Origin: a virus
Taxonomy: Duplodnaviria; Caudoviricetes
IMG/VR virus record: IMGVR_UViG_3300008255_000007
Coordinates: 20,153 to 84,152 of that record
Length of the DNA: 64,000 nucleotides
Strand: one strand, 5' to 3'
In this document: positions 47,010 to 55,907 of the stretch, piece after piece
Numbering within the stretch: the stretch's first letter is position 1
Layout: the number at the start of each line of letters is the position of its first letter
Translations under genes and position numbers: made by a program
Notes under the pieces: generated by a model
Databases searched by the model: none
Seen by the model: only the letters and a program-made list of their open reading frames with translations
Told to the model about the DNA's origin: nothing

Positions 47010-47045
47010 ATGAGGAGTATATACTTTATAATAATTAAATGTCAA
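47003..47045. promoter_or_regulatory. interlocked divergent leaderless promoters
   Basis: + strand: TTGTCA-18-TATAAT-6-ATG 47039. - strand: TTGACA-18-TATACT-6-ATG 47009. Confidence 0.85.
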
Positions 47046-48142
47046 ACAGATTATCACACAGTCAAGTAAACACTTTTATGACCTGCGGTCAAAAGTATAA
47101 ATATCATTATATAGATAAGCTCAGAGAGAAGGTTACTTCATCGGCTCTTTTATTCGGATCAGCTATAGATGAGGCTTTAAATTCAGCACTTATAGCTAAG
47201 AGAGAAGGCACCCTGACTGACGATTGGACTCCCTATCTTGCTAAATTTGAAGAGTTCTGGACTAATGGCTTCATTAACAAGAAAAAAGAAAGTCTACTTA
47301 ATAATGAAAAACTAGTGTATGCACAGGCCGATATGGATTGGGACCTCCTTACTGATTTTGAATTACAAGAACTTACCACTCTAGGAAAAGGTGATCCTAA
47401 AGATAAATTTAAAGCTATAGCTCAACAGAAATCAGAAAAAGGCTGGCTTAACTTACAACCAACACAAAGGCAGTTTTATAACTATTGTAACTGGCTATCC
47501 CTTAGACATAAAGGTAAACATATGTTAGAGGCTTACAGGGTTAATATAATACCTAGAATAAAACAGGTATTAGAAGTCCAGATGAAGCTTGACTTTGATA
47601 ATGAAGAAGGTGACAGCATTCTAGGATACTTAGACTGCGTAGTAGTATGGGAAGACGATACTATATTAGTAGTTGACAATAAAACATCAGCTAGAGATTA
47701 TGAACTAGACTCTGTTAGAACCAGTCCCCAGTTAGGTTTATATAAAACCTTTATGAGAGAAGTGTACGGAGATAATATAAAGGCCGCGTTTTTCGTAATA
47801 AAAAAAGCTATGGCTAAGAATAAAAAGAAGATATGTGATACTTGTAATCATGATGGGAGCGGATCAAGAGCAAGAAGCTGTGATAATACTATAAATGGTA
47901 AAAGGTGTCCAGGACAGTGGATAACTACAGTAGACGCTAAGGCTGAAGTACAAGTAATAATAGATGACATTCCAGATAGAGTAGAGACAATGATTGTAGA
48001 AAACTTTGACAGTGTAAACAAACTAATCAATACTGGAATCTTTACTAAGAACTTTAATTCTTGTAAAGGTAAATTTGGTTTATGTCCTTACTATAATCTT
48101 TGTTGGAATGACTCAAAAGAAGGCCTTGACACTGTCGAGTAA
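47039..48142 (+). CDS. PD-(D/E)XK exonuclease, Cas4/RecB-like
   Basis: RLSHS..F.TC, GYLD..VVDNKT, QLGLY, C..FGLCPY..LC. Confidence 0.85.
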   Translation: MSNRLSHSQVNTFMTCGQKYKYHYIDKLREKVTSSALLFGSAIDEALNSALIAKREGTLTDDWTPYLAKFEEFWTNGFINKKKESLLNNEKLVYAQADMDWDLLTDFELQELTTLGKGDPKDKFKAIAQQKSEKGWLNLQPTQRQFYNYCNWLSLRHKGKHMLEAYRVNIIPRIKQVLEVQMKLDFDNEEGDSILGYLDCVVVWEDDTILVVDNKTSARDYELDSVRTSPQLGLYKTFMREVYGDNIKAAFFVIKKAMAKNKKKICDTCNHDGSGSRARSCDNTINGKRCPGQWITTVDAKAEVQVIIDDIPDRVETMIVENFDSVNKLINTGIFTKNFNSCKGKFGLCPYYNLCWNDSKEGLDTVE

Positions 48143-48155
48143 CTAATGATAGGAT
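48126..48155 (+). promoter_or_regulatory. sigma70-type promoter
   Basis: TTGACA-18-(TGa)TAGGAT, then 6 nt, then ATG at 48162. Confidence 0.7.
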
Positions 48156-48161
48156 GCATAT

Positions 48162-48203
48162 ATGTTTAATAGTAAGTTAAAAAACATGAAGGATGCGAGG
48201 TAG
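48162..48203 (+). CDS. putative 13-aa leaderless upstream ORF (MFNSKLKNMKDAR)
   Basis: ATG sits exactly at the predicted +1. Confidence 0.35.
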   Translation: MFNSKLKNMKDAR

Positions 48204-48210
48204 AGAAGAA

Positions 48211-48513
48211 ATGCCAAAAGTCAAAATCGGTGAAGAAAAAAGAAAAGAATTAGGAATTCTAAATGAAGAAGGAGTTAAAGTGAAAGAACCAAAATTAAAC
48301 CCACTAGCAGACGTTGGAATGTATCTAGGTATTGAGTCTAGACCTGAAGGATACGTAATTGTATCTCTTTCAGTGGATGGAGACACAGTAGCTAAAAAAG
48401 ATGAGTATAAAGCTGATTTCTCTAAAGGAAGAGCTTTAGAGGCATTTAAACTAGCCAGCGGTAAATTTATCGTAGGCTTTAATAGTAAAGCTAAACAGCT
48501 TAAGAAAGGATAA
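48211..48513 (+). CDS. hypothetical protein
   Basis: Purine-rich SD-like tract before ATG 48211. Confidence 0.6.
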   Translation: MPKVKIGEEKRKELGILNEEGVKVKEPKLNPLADVGMYLGIESRPEGYVIVSLSVDGDTVAKKDEYKADFSKGRALEAFKLASGKFIVGFNSKAKQLKKG

Positions 48514-48516
48514 TTA

Positions 48517-49020
48517 ATGAAAACAAGTGAATCTGTAAAAAACATCTTACCAGCTATCTTTAAAGTAAAGGGGGAAATGAAAACTTTTACTAAAGGAGCT
48601 AGTAATCCTTATTTTGATAGTACTTATGTAGACTTGAATGCCCTTCTTGAAGGAGTTGAACCCTTGCTAGCAGCTAATGGTATGATTCTACTTCAACCAG
48701 TAAATGGAAATACAGTAGAAACTGTTATTCTTCACAGCTCTGGGGAGTTTATTTCTAGTAGTATGGACATGGTGCTGGCTAAGCAGGATATGCAAGCGGC
48801 AGGCAGTGCTGTAACGTACGCTAGACGTTATAGTCTTCAATCCTTGCTAGGACTTAAGGCTGTTGATGATGATGGAAATCTAAGCTCTGGTAAGACTGTA
48901 AAACCTCAACAAGAAGCAAAGAAACCAGCGGCGGCTTCAAAGAAGTCTAATTTCAAGCCTAAACTTAATAACAATAAAGTAGAAACTCCAGCACCTGCTA
49001 CAGCAGGAAGCTGGTCATAA
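48517..49020 (+). CDS. ERF-family ssDNA annealing protein
   Basis: NPYF.STY.DL, TVILHSSGEF, Q..GSA.TYARRYSL..LG...DDDG. Confidence 0.9.
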   Translation: MKTSESVKNILPAIFKVKGEMKTFTKGASNPYFDSTYVDLNALLEGVEPLLAANGMILLQPVNGNTVETVILHSSGEFISSSMDMVLAKQDMQAAGSAVTYARRYSLQSLLGLKAVDDDGNLSSGKTVKPQQEAKKPAAASKKSNFKPKLNNNKVETPAPATAGSWS

Positions 49021-49030
49021 AGGAGACAAA

Positions 49031-49255
49031 ATGAGCAAATTTACAAGAATCGGACAAATCAGAAAGAATAAAACTAAAGATGGTAAGGAGTATAAGAAAC
49101 TAGTACTTGAGAAATCATTTCTAGATAATGCTCCAGCCGTACTTAAAGAATGCTATACTGATAAAAAGGGCGACAAGCATCTTTATCTATTTGATGCTAA
49201 AGAGGGCGCTCCTGACTTCGTAGTAGCTAACATCTGCGCTAAAATGGAGGAGTAA
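49031..49255 (+). CDS. hypothetical protein (possible SSB-like fragment)
   Basis: SD aggag; beta pattern IG.I.K...GKEY. Confidence 0.55.
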   Translation: MSKFTRIGQIRKNKTKDGKEYKKLVLEKSFLDNAPAVLKECYTDKKGDKHLYLFDAKEGAPDFVVANICAKMEE

Positions 49256-49491
49256 TGAATAAAAAACCAGAAGTACGAAACATAACTAGCCTAATATGGG
49301 CACTAGATCCTAACACTAAAGAGTTACCTAGAATAGTATTGGCTGAAGCTTCTGATTTTGTAAAGATTACTATAGACATGTTTGAGTCTAAAAAGAAAGA
49401 ACCTAAAAGTCTTTCTAAAGAAGATATTAAACAAACTGTAGTAGATTCCCTACTTCAATTATGTGAAGATCTTAAAAAATTAGAATTTTAA
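49255..49491 (+). CDS. hypothetical protein
   Basis: TAATG-coupled ORF. Confidence 0.55.
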   Translation: MNKKPEVRNITSLIWALDPNTKELPRIVLAEASDFVKITIDMFESKKKEPKSLSKEDIKQTVVDSLLQLCEDLKKLEF

Positions 49492-49504
49492 AACAGAGGA
49501 GCAT

Positions 49505-51472
49505 ATGCTACTACCTGGAGATCAAGTGAAATATACAAGGCTTACTCGTACCCTAAAAGATAAAGGAAAGCTGATTCCAATAGAGGAAATTTACGATAAT
49601 GTAAATGACCATGAGCTAGATTGGTATCGTTCTATATTCTTTTATAACGATAAACATTATAAAGACTTTAAAGATAAGAAAACAGTACGAGGTATCTTTG
49701 ATCTAAAGACTAACTTCCTTATCTGGGATTTTGATTCCAAGGGGGAGATCGATAAAGCTAAAAAAGATACTATAGAACTAGTTACTAGACTTATTAATAA
49801 TGGTATAGCCCAGGATGAGTTTAATGTATGTTTTTCTGGAAACAAAGGCTTTAGTGTAGAATTAGAAACTACTACAGAACTAACAACAGATCAGTTTAAA
49901 AAGATTACAAGTTCTTTAGCTGACGGACTAGCAACGAGAGATACTAAAATAGTAAATCCTAGTAGAGTTTTTAGATTGCCTTTCACTAAGCATCCAGACT
50001 CTGGACTGTATAAGATACCTCTTACTATAAATGAGCTTTGTGAATTAACATCAGATCAAATTAAAGACCTAGCTAAGACTAATGATAGATTTGATATGTG
50101 GAGTAGTAACTTAGCTGACATACCCGAGTCTATGATCCCATCAGCAGAAGAGACCTCTATAGAAGAAAGTAAGTCAGACGTTCAAGTTATTAAAAGTGTA
50201 GAAGAGTTAGACTTTTCAAAGAAGCCTAAGAATATGCCGTCTTGTAAGTACGCTATAATGCATGGATTCTTTGATCCAGGTAATAGGTCTAATTCTCTTA
50301 TAGCGCTAGCTGCTCATTTTAAAAATCAAGGTTTTCCTAAAGATGTAGCCTTTTATGCGCTTAAAGGAGCTTCTGAGCTACAAGCAGCCAGAACAGGACA
50401 ATCGGTATTTAATGAAGATGAGATCAAAGCTAATATTATAGGACAAGTCTATAGTAATTACTGGCAAGGAGGAACCTATTCTTGTAAAGATCATGAGTTT
50501 CTTAAAGAGACCTGTGATAAGTTAGGTGAACATTCGTGCGATAATAAACGAAAAGATAAAGAAGATTCTGTAATAGGACTAGATAAGCTAACCAATAAAT
50601 TTATCTCATTTGCTAAGGACATAGAAAAGAATAGAATCTATACAGGAGTTGAGGAGCTAGACTCTAAACTAATTCTAACATTAGGAATGAGTACTGGATT
50701 ACTAGGCGCTCCAGGAAGTGGTAAGAGTTCGATGGCTTTTAATATTTTAAATAGTACCTCTATGAAGGGTATTAAGTCTGTGTTTTTTAGCTTAGACATG
50801 GGATGGCACCTTGCCTATGGCAAGCTGCTATCTAGACAGACTGGTATTAACTTTAAAGAGATGATAGAACTTTGTAAAAAAGAAGATGACAGGCTTAAAG
50901 ATTGGAATAGTAAATTAATAGAAGACTTTAAAAATGTAGCTTGGACTTTTAAATCAGGAGTTAGTGTTGATAACATACGAGAGATGATACAGAGAGAAGA
51001 AGAGAAGGGTGGAGAAAAGATTAAACTAGTAGTAATTGATTATCTAGAATGTCTGATTGGCCCCTATGCCGATGCTACTGCTAACGGAGCATACCAAGCA
51101 GCTAAATTAAAAGATTTAGCTACTGATCTAGAGATTTGTGTTATTACGCTAGTGCAGCCTCCTAAGAGCGCTGGAGACGCTTCTAAGCCCTTAACATCTA
51201 TGCGACAGATAAAAGGAGCTTCTACGTTAGAACAGAACTTCAGAGCCATTATATCAGTACATAGAGAAGGTTTTAGTCCTAATCACCCAGAAGAAGATAA
51301 GTTCTTAACACTTAACTGTTTAAAGAATACAATGGGAGGTTTATTTAGTATTGATTTAGGATGGGAAGGAGTAACCGGAACACTTAGAAAGCTAAGTCAG
51401 AATGAAAAAGCAGAGCTAGACATGATTAGAAATAGGAACTCAGACGAAGAAAGCGACAAAGGGAGATGGTAG
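49505..51472 (+). CDS. AEP primase fused to DnaB-like SF4 helicase
   Basis: WDFDS, FSGNKG, RVFRLP..KH, four-Cys linker, GAPGSGKS, VIDYL, GAS..EQ. Confidence 0.85.
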   Translation: MLLPGDQVKYTRLTRTLKDKGKLIPIEEIYDNVNDHELDWYRSIFFYNDKHYKDFKDKKTVRGIFDLKTNFLIWDFDSKGEIDKAKKDTIELVTRLINNGIAQDEFNVCFSGNKGFSVELETTTELTTDQFKKITSSLADGLATRDTKIVNPSRVFRLPFTKHPDSGLYKIPLTINELCELTSDQIKDLAKTNDRFDMWSSNLADIPESMIPSAEETSIEESKSDVQVIKSVEELDFSKKPKNMPSCKYAIMHGFFDPGNRSNSLIALAAHFKNQGFPKDVAFYALKGASELQAARTGQSVFNEDEIKANIIGQVYSNYWQGGTYSCKDHEFLKETCDKLGEHSCDNKRKDKEDSVIGLDKLTNKFISFAKDIEKNRIYTGVEELDSKLILTLGMSTGLLGAPGSGKSSMAFNILNSTSMKGIKSVFFSLDMGWHLAYGKLLSRQTGINFKEMIELCKKEDDRLKDWNSKLIEDFKNVAWTFKSGVSVDNIREMIQREEEKGGEKIKLVVIDYLECLIGPYADATANGAYQAAKLKDLATDLEICVITLVQPPKSAGDASKPLTSMRQIKGASTLEQNFRAIISVHREGFSPNHPEEDKFLTLNCLKNTMGGLFSIDLGWEGVTGTLRKLSQNEKAELDMIRNRNSDEESDKGRW

Positions 51473-51729
51473 TAGCAATAGATCTGCTAAAGAGCTTCTT
51501 AGGAAGCTTTGTACTTGTTACTACTAAACTAACGCTTATTACTGAGGATGAGCTTGGAAATACCTTTTCTACTAACGAGACCGTTGATGGCTATCTTATG
51601 GGACTAGATGATAAGTTTATCTATATAGGAGATAATAAAGAAGCTTATACTATGCTAGCTTTAGATAGTATAGGCTATATACAAAAGACTACTATAGATG
51701 AAGAAGAACCTATGGGAGTACTGAATTAA
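51466..51729 (+). CDS. hypothetical protein
   Basis: Coupled ORF with an Sm-like beta pattern. Confidence 0.55.
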   Translation: MVVAIDLLKSFLGSFVLVTTKLTLITEDELGNTFSTNETVDGYLMGLDDKFIYIGDNKEAYTMLALDSIGYIQKTTIDEEEPMGVLN

Positions 51730-51731
51730 TC

Positions 51732-53897
51732 ATGCTTTGGAATAAGAATAAGTCTATAAAGATTATCACTACTACCGAAGAACTAAAGGAATTAGAAGCT
51801 AAGTATTTAGCCGCTGAATATATAGCATTTGATACTGAGACTACAGGCCTTGGAAGATTTGATGAATTTGTTGGTATTGGTTTTGCTCTTAGCGAAGATG
51901 AAGCCATATACATACCTTATAAGATATACGATTTAGCATCAAAGAGTTTAAAGTATCCTTGGACGCTAGAAGCTATAGATTATATAGACGCTTGGATAGA
52001 AAAACAGTTAACTCATAAAAAAAGATTAATCTGTCATAACGCTAGCTTTGACTGTAAAGCAGTAGATAATACTTTATGCTTTGATCCTATCGATTATATA
52101 TACGCAGATACTGGTTTACTACACCATACCGTAATTGACGAAGAACCTCCACATGGTCTTAAGAACTTGTCTATTAAATTTCTAGACGAAAGTGCCGCTA
52201 ATCCTCAAGAGGACCTTAAAGAGTCTGTAAAAGTAATGGGCGGTATATGGAAGGCTGCAGATAAAGAGTTCTACAAAGGAGCGTATACTATACTAGGAAG
52301 ATACTGCTGCTATGATGTTCTCTATACCTTTGGGCTATTTAATAGATTCATGCCTAGAGTAGAAGAGGAACAGATGCAGGATTTATGGGAGAACGAAGTA
52401 ATGGCTTTGCTTCCAGTAACCCACGAGCTTAATATGACTGGTATTAGAATAGATGTTGAGTACTTCAAACAGCTCAAAGAAGAAATGGAATCTAATATTA
52501 AAAACATGGAAGCTATAATCTTCTCAGAGATAGAAGAGCATATAGTAGATTATGAAGTACAGGCCGTATTAGATAAGTACAAAGTATCCTCTAGAAGTAG
52601 TCTCGGCAAGTATCTCTTCTCTAGAGGCTATAAAGGAAATGAACCAGAGCTAGTTAATTTTAGAGATGACATTATACAGTGGTATAAGACCAGTAAAAAT
52701 CAAGAGAGAGTAATGAACTTAGACTCTAATAAAGATAAAGCTTTTATACTCTTTGATATATTACAACTACCTTGCTACGAGAACACTGCTACAGGGGGTA
52801 GAAAAGTAACGGCAGCCATACTAAAAAGACTAGAAGAAGAGTACGCAGAGTCTAGCGAGATACTAAAGATATTAATGGATCGATCTAAAGAAAAGAAACT
52901 TCTTACTACATACGTAGTTCCTTTTATTGAAAAGAACATTGATGGTAGGATGTACCCCTCTTTCAATCAATCAGGTACTACTAGCGGAAGATATTCATCT
53001 AACTCTCCAAACTTCCAAAACATTCCGGCTAGGGATAATAGAATTAAAAAAGGCATAGTATCAGATGATGGTTATGTATTTGTAAATGCTGACTATTCAT
53101 CGCTAGAACCTCGAAGTTTTGCGAGTGTTAGCTCTGAAACTAGTATTAAGAAAGTTTATACAGATGGTCTAGATTTCTACTCTAGTGTTTACTTAACAGT
53201 AATGGGAGACTCTAGTTTATCTGCTGATCCAGAAGCTCCTAACTATTTAGGACTCGTAGATAAACAATTAAGGCAAGATACTAAAGCTTGGGCATTAGGG
53301 CTAGCTTATGGAATGAGTGAGTTTAAACTGGCTAAGGTTTTAAATAAAGATATTGAAGAAACTAAGGAACTGAAAGATAAGTATTTCAAAGCCTTTCCTA
53401 ACCTACTTAAATACCATAAGACTTGTGAAGCTAGTATTAGAACTAAAGGCTACGTTACCTCTATTGCTGGTAGAAGAAGGCGCGCTAAGCTTGTGCCCGA
53501 ACTTCATCGTAGAGGGTATGATCCTTTTGATAGAAAAAGTGTATATAGGGCCTATAGTAAAGGTGCTTTTAATAATTACGAAACTAATAAGAAACTAATG
53601 TCGGCGGTAGGGAATGAAATTAATAACAGTTATAACTTTGGTATCCAGTCTTTGGCTGCTTCAGTGGTTAATGCAGCGGCCATAAAAGTAAAAAAGCTAA
53701 TAAAAGATAATGACTTAGACTGTAGATTAGTACTACAAGTACATGATGAGTTGACTTTGATCTGTAAAGAATCAGAGGCTGATAAAGCCTCAGAGCTTTT
53801 AAGAGAGGCTATGGAGAACAATAGAATTACAGACAAGATTGACGTTAAAATGATAGCACAGCCTTTAATAGCAAAAAGGTTGTCTGAAGCTAAATAG
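51732..53897 (+). CDS. polA: family A DNA polymerase with 3'-5' exonuclease
   Basis: FDTETTG, HNASFD, YCCYD, TTSGRYSS..PNFQNIP, ADYSSLEPR, K...LG..YG, QVHDEL. Confidence 0.95.
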   Translation: MLWNKNKSIKIITTTEELKELEAKYLAAEYIAFDTETTGLGRFDEFVGIGFALSEDEAIYIPYKIYDLASKSLKYPWTLEAIDYIDAWIEKQLTHKKRLICHNASFDCKAVDNTLCFDPIDYIYADTGLLHHTVIDEEPPHGLKNLSIKFLDESAANPQEDLKESVKVMGGIWKAADKEFYKGAYTILGRYCCYDVLYTFGLFNRFMPRVEEEQMQDLWENEVMALLPVTHELNMTGIRIDVEYFKQLKEEMESNIKNMEAIIFSEIEEHIVDYEVQAVLDKYKVSSRSSLGKYLFSRGYKGNEPELVNFRDDIIQWYKTSKNQERVMNLDSNKDKAFILFDILQLPCYENTATGGRKVTAAILKRLEEEYAESSEILKILMDRSKEKKLLTTYVVPFIEKNIDGRMYPSFNQSGTTSGRYSSNSPNFQNIPARDNRIKKGIVSDDGYVFVNADYSSLEPRSFASVSSETSIKKVYTDGLDFYSSVYLTVMGDSSLSADPEAPNYLGLVDKQLRQDTKAWALGLAYGMSEFKLAKVLNKDIEETKELKDKYFKAFPNLLKYHKTCEASIRTKGYVTSIAGRRRRAKLVPELHRRGYDPFDRKSVYRAYSKGAFNNYETNKKLMSAVGNEINNSYNFGIQSLAASVVNAAAIKVKKLIKDNDLDCRLVLQVHDELTLICKESEADKASELLREAMENNRITDKIDVKMIAQPLIAKRLSEAK

Positions 53898-53908
53898 TAA
53901 GGTATAAT
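53880..53908 (+). promoter_or_regulatory. sigma70-type promoter, leaderless
   Basis: TTGTCT-17-TATAAT, then 6 nt, then ATG at 53915. Confidence 0.7.
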
Positions 53909-53914
53909 ATAATA

Positions 53915-54925
53915 ATGACTCGACTGATTAATCTTAAAGTATATTGTCCTAATCCATCAGATATTACAAGTCTTTACAGAGCAGTAGGACCTCTCTCAGC
54001 GCTAAGAAAGCAGTATAGAAACTTACAGATTGATTTCGAGGCTAAGCTAGAATATCAAAGTATTGCTATGGCTGATATTGTGTTTCTTCAGAGACCTTTC
54101 GTAGATGCTCATTTAAATGTAGCCAAGGTAGCTAAAGAGCATGGTATCCCTGTGTGGGCTGATTGGGACGATAACTTGTTTGCTATACCTGAAACTAATC
54201 CTCATTATAAAAGCTATGCTAGTCCTAAGTTAGCAGAGAACATTAAACAAGTAGCTGCTCTAGCTGATATAGTTACTGTACCTACTGAACCATTAAAAGG
54301 TATAATGAGTAAATTTAGTAATAAGGTTAGGGTTATTCCTAATGCTCTATTTGATGAGTTACTAGATGAAAGTAGAATCAGCTATGATAAGAGGCGAGCG
54401 GTCATTGGTTGGAGAGGTGGACAAAGCCATAACATGGATCTTATGGATGCTAGAGATCCTATCATTAACATCTCTCATAAACATAAGAACTGGGCTTTTG
54501 TATTTGTAGGATACAATCCTTTTATTCAAATGAAAGGAATTAGAGATGGGGCTATGGGACATTTTCCTAACATGAGCTTTAAAGACTATATGAAAAACTT
54601 AAAAAGTATAGCAGCTCCGGTTCATATAGTACCTCTAGTTAATGACTCTTTTAACGTATGCAAAAGCAACATAGCTTGGCTTGAAGCCTCTACCGCTGGT
54701 AGTCTTGTAATAGCTCCAGATATGCCAGAATGGAAGAGACCAGGAATTATTAACTATAGCTCTAATAAAGAATTAGAAGAACAGATGGAGCGAGTTATTA
54801 AGTCTCCGTCTTTAGTCAAGACTAAAAATAAAGAAAGCTTAAAATACATCAAAGATAATCTATTGCTTTCTAAGATAAATAAAGATAGAATTACTTTAAT
54901 TGAGGAGTTAGATGATGTCAGATGA
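53915..54925 (+). CDS. glycosyltransferase, GT-B (GT4-like)
   Basis: YR...P, VFLQR, DWDDNLF, AD.VTV.T..L, VIPNAL, IGWRGG.SH, PL...FN.CKSN...LE.S.AG. Confidence 0.85.
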   Translation: MTRLINLKVYCPNPSDITSLYRAVGPLSALRKQYRNLQIDFEAKLEYQSIAMADIVFLQRPFVDAHLNVAKVAKEHGIPVWADWDDNLFAIPETNPHYKSYASPKLAENIKQVAALADIVTVPTEPLKGIMSKFSNKVRVIPNALFDELLDESRISYDKRRAVIGWRGGQSHNMDLMDARDPIINISHKHKNWAFVFVGYNPFIQMKGIRDGAMGHFPNMSFKDYMKNLKSIAAPVHIVPLVNDSFNVCKSNIAWLEASTAGSLVIAPDMPEWKRPGIINYSSNKELEEQMERVIKSPSLVKTKNKESLKYIKDNLLLSKINKDRITLIEELDDVR

Positions 54926-55907
54926 TGCACAAGACTGGGCTGATTTAGTACAAGCAGAAACCGGAGATACTCTAGAACAGCCAATCAGAGACTTTACTAA
55001 AGAGAATCATGATAAGCAATTAGAGAGTAAAGGAAAAGATAAGAAAGAACCAGGAGCCCCTACACAATACTCTCTATATAGAGATGGATATACTACAGCT
55101 ACCCCCACAGTATCTAGCCTTCCTGCAGGTTCCTATGATATTATGTATGATGGTAGGGCTATTTATGCATCTCCTGTTCCAGACCCTACAGGACTCTTAT
55201 TAGAGCTTCCTGAGATGAAATCAGAAGCTGTTATTAAAGCAGTAGAACTCTTCTGGGATTCAGAAAAAGATTACAAAGACGGTAATGATTTTGTAGTAGG
55301 CGGAGCTGCTTATAAAGCAGGAGTCATGCTATATGGGCCTCCAGGATCAGGCAAGAGTTGTACCATTAAGATTGTATCTAAAAAGCTAATTGAAAAAGGC
55401 GGTATAGTATTTCATACACAATCCCCTCAGATGACTATGTCTTTCCTTAAAGATTTTGCTAAGATCGAAAAAGATAGAAAAATTATAGTAATACTAGAAG
55501 ATATAGATAGTTTAATCTATATGCATGGAGAGTCTAGTTTCTTAGAGATGTTAGACTCGGCTAAGAGTGTAGATAATGTACTGTTCATTGCGACTACTAA
55601 TTATCCAGAAAAGCTAGATCAAAGAATCTACAATAGGCCTGGAAGATTTAGTACGGTTATCAAGATAGATTATCCTACTCCTGAAGCTAGAGCTGCCTAC
55701 CTAAAAGCAGTATTAAAGAATCATAAAGATGTAGAGCATATTGTTAATAATACTTCAGGCTTTACAGTAGACCATTTATCTGCTTTAATCAATGCTGTGT
55801 ATAGGGAGAAGAAAGACTTAGATCCAGAGATTAAACGTCTTAGGACTTTATTTAAAGCTCCTCTAATCGAAGAAGAGAGGAAGATTAGCTTAGGTGGAGG
55901 TAAATAG
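54912..55907 (+). CDS. AAA+ ATPase
   Basis: MLYGPPGSGKS, ILEDID, ATTNYPEKLD.RI.NRPGRF. Confidence 0.9.
   Translation: MMSDDAQDWADLVQAETGDTLEQPIRDFTKENHDKQLESKGKDKKEPGAPTQYSLYRDGYTTATPTVSSLPAGSYDIMYDGRAIYASPVPDPTGLLLELPEMKSEAVIKAVELFWDSEKDYKDGNDFVVGGAAYKAGVMLYGPPGSGKSCTIKIVSKKLIEKGGIVFHTQSPQMTMSFLKDFAKIEKDRKIIVILEDIDSLIYMHGESSFLEMLDSAKSVDNVLFIATTNYPEKLDQRIYNRPGRFSTVIKIDYPTPEARAAYLKAVLKNHKDVEHIVNNTSGFTVDHLSALINAVYREKKDLDPEIKRLRTLFKAPLIEEERKISLGGGK

Noticed and set aside
47039-48142. CRISPR-Cas adaptation gene (cas4)
   Set aside because: No cas1, cas2 or array; the context (ERF, RecA, RuvC) indicates a phage recombination exonuclease.
2083-54984. Antisense or alternate-frame ORFs from the track (e.g. 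2083-2478, 2991-3230, 3175-3489, 9340-9621, 19714-20043, 48177-48545, 51710-51913)
   Set aside because: They are shadows of well-supported genes, with no SD or promoter and no recognisable motifs.
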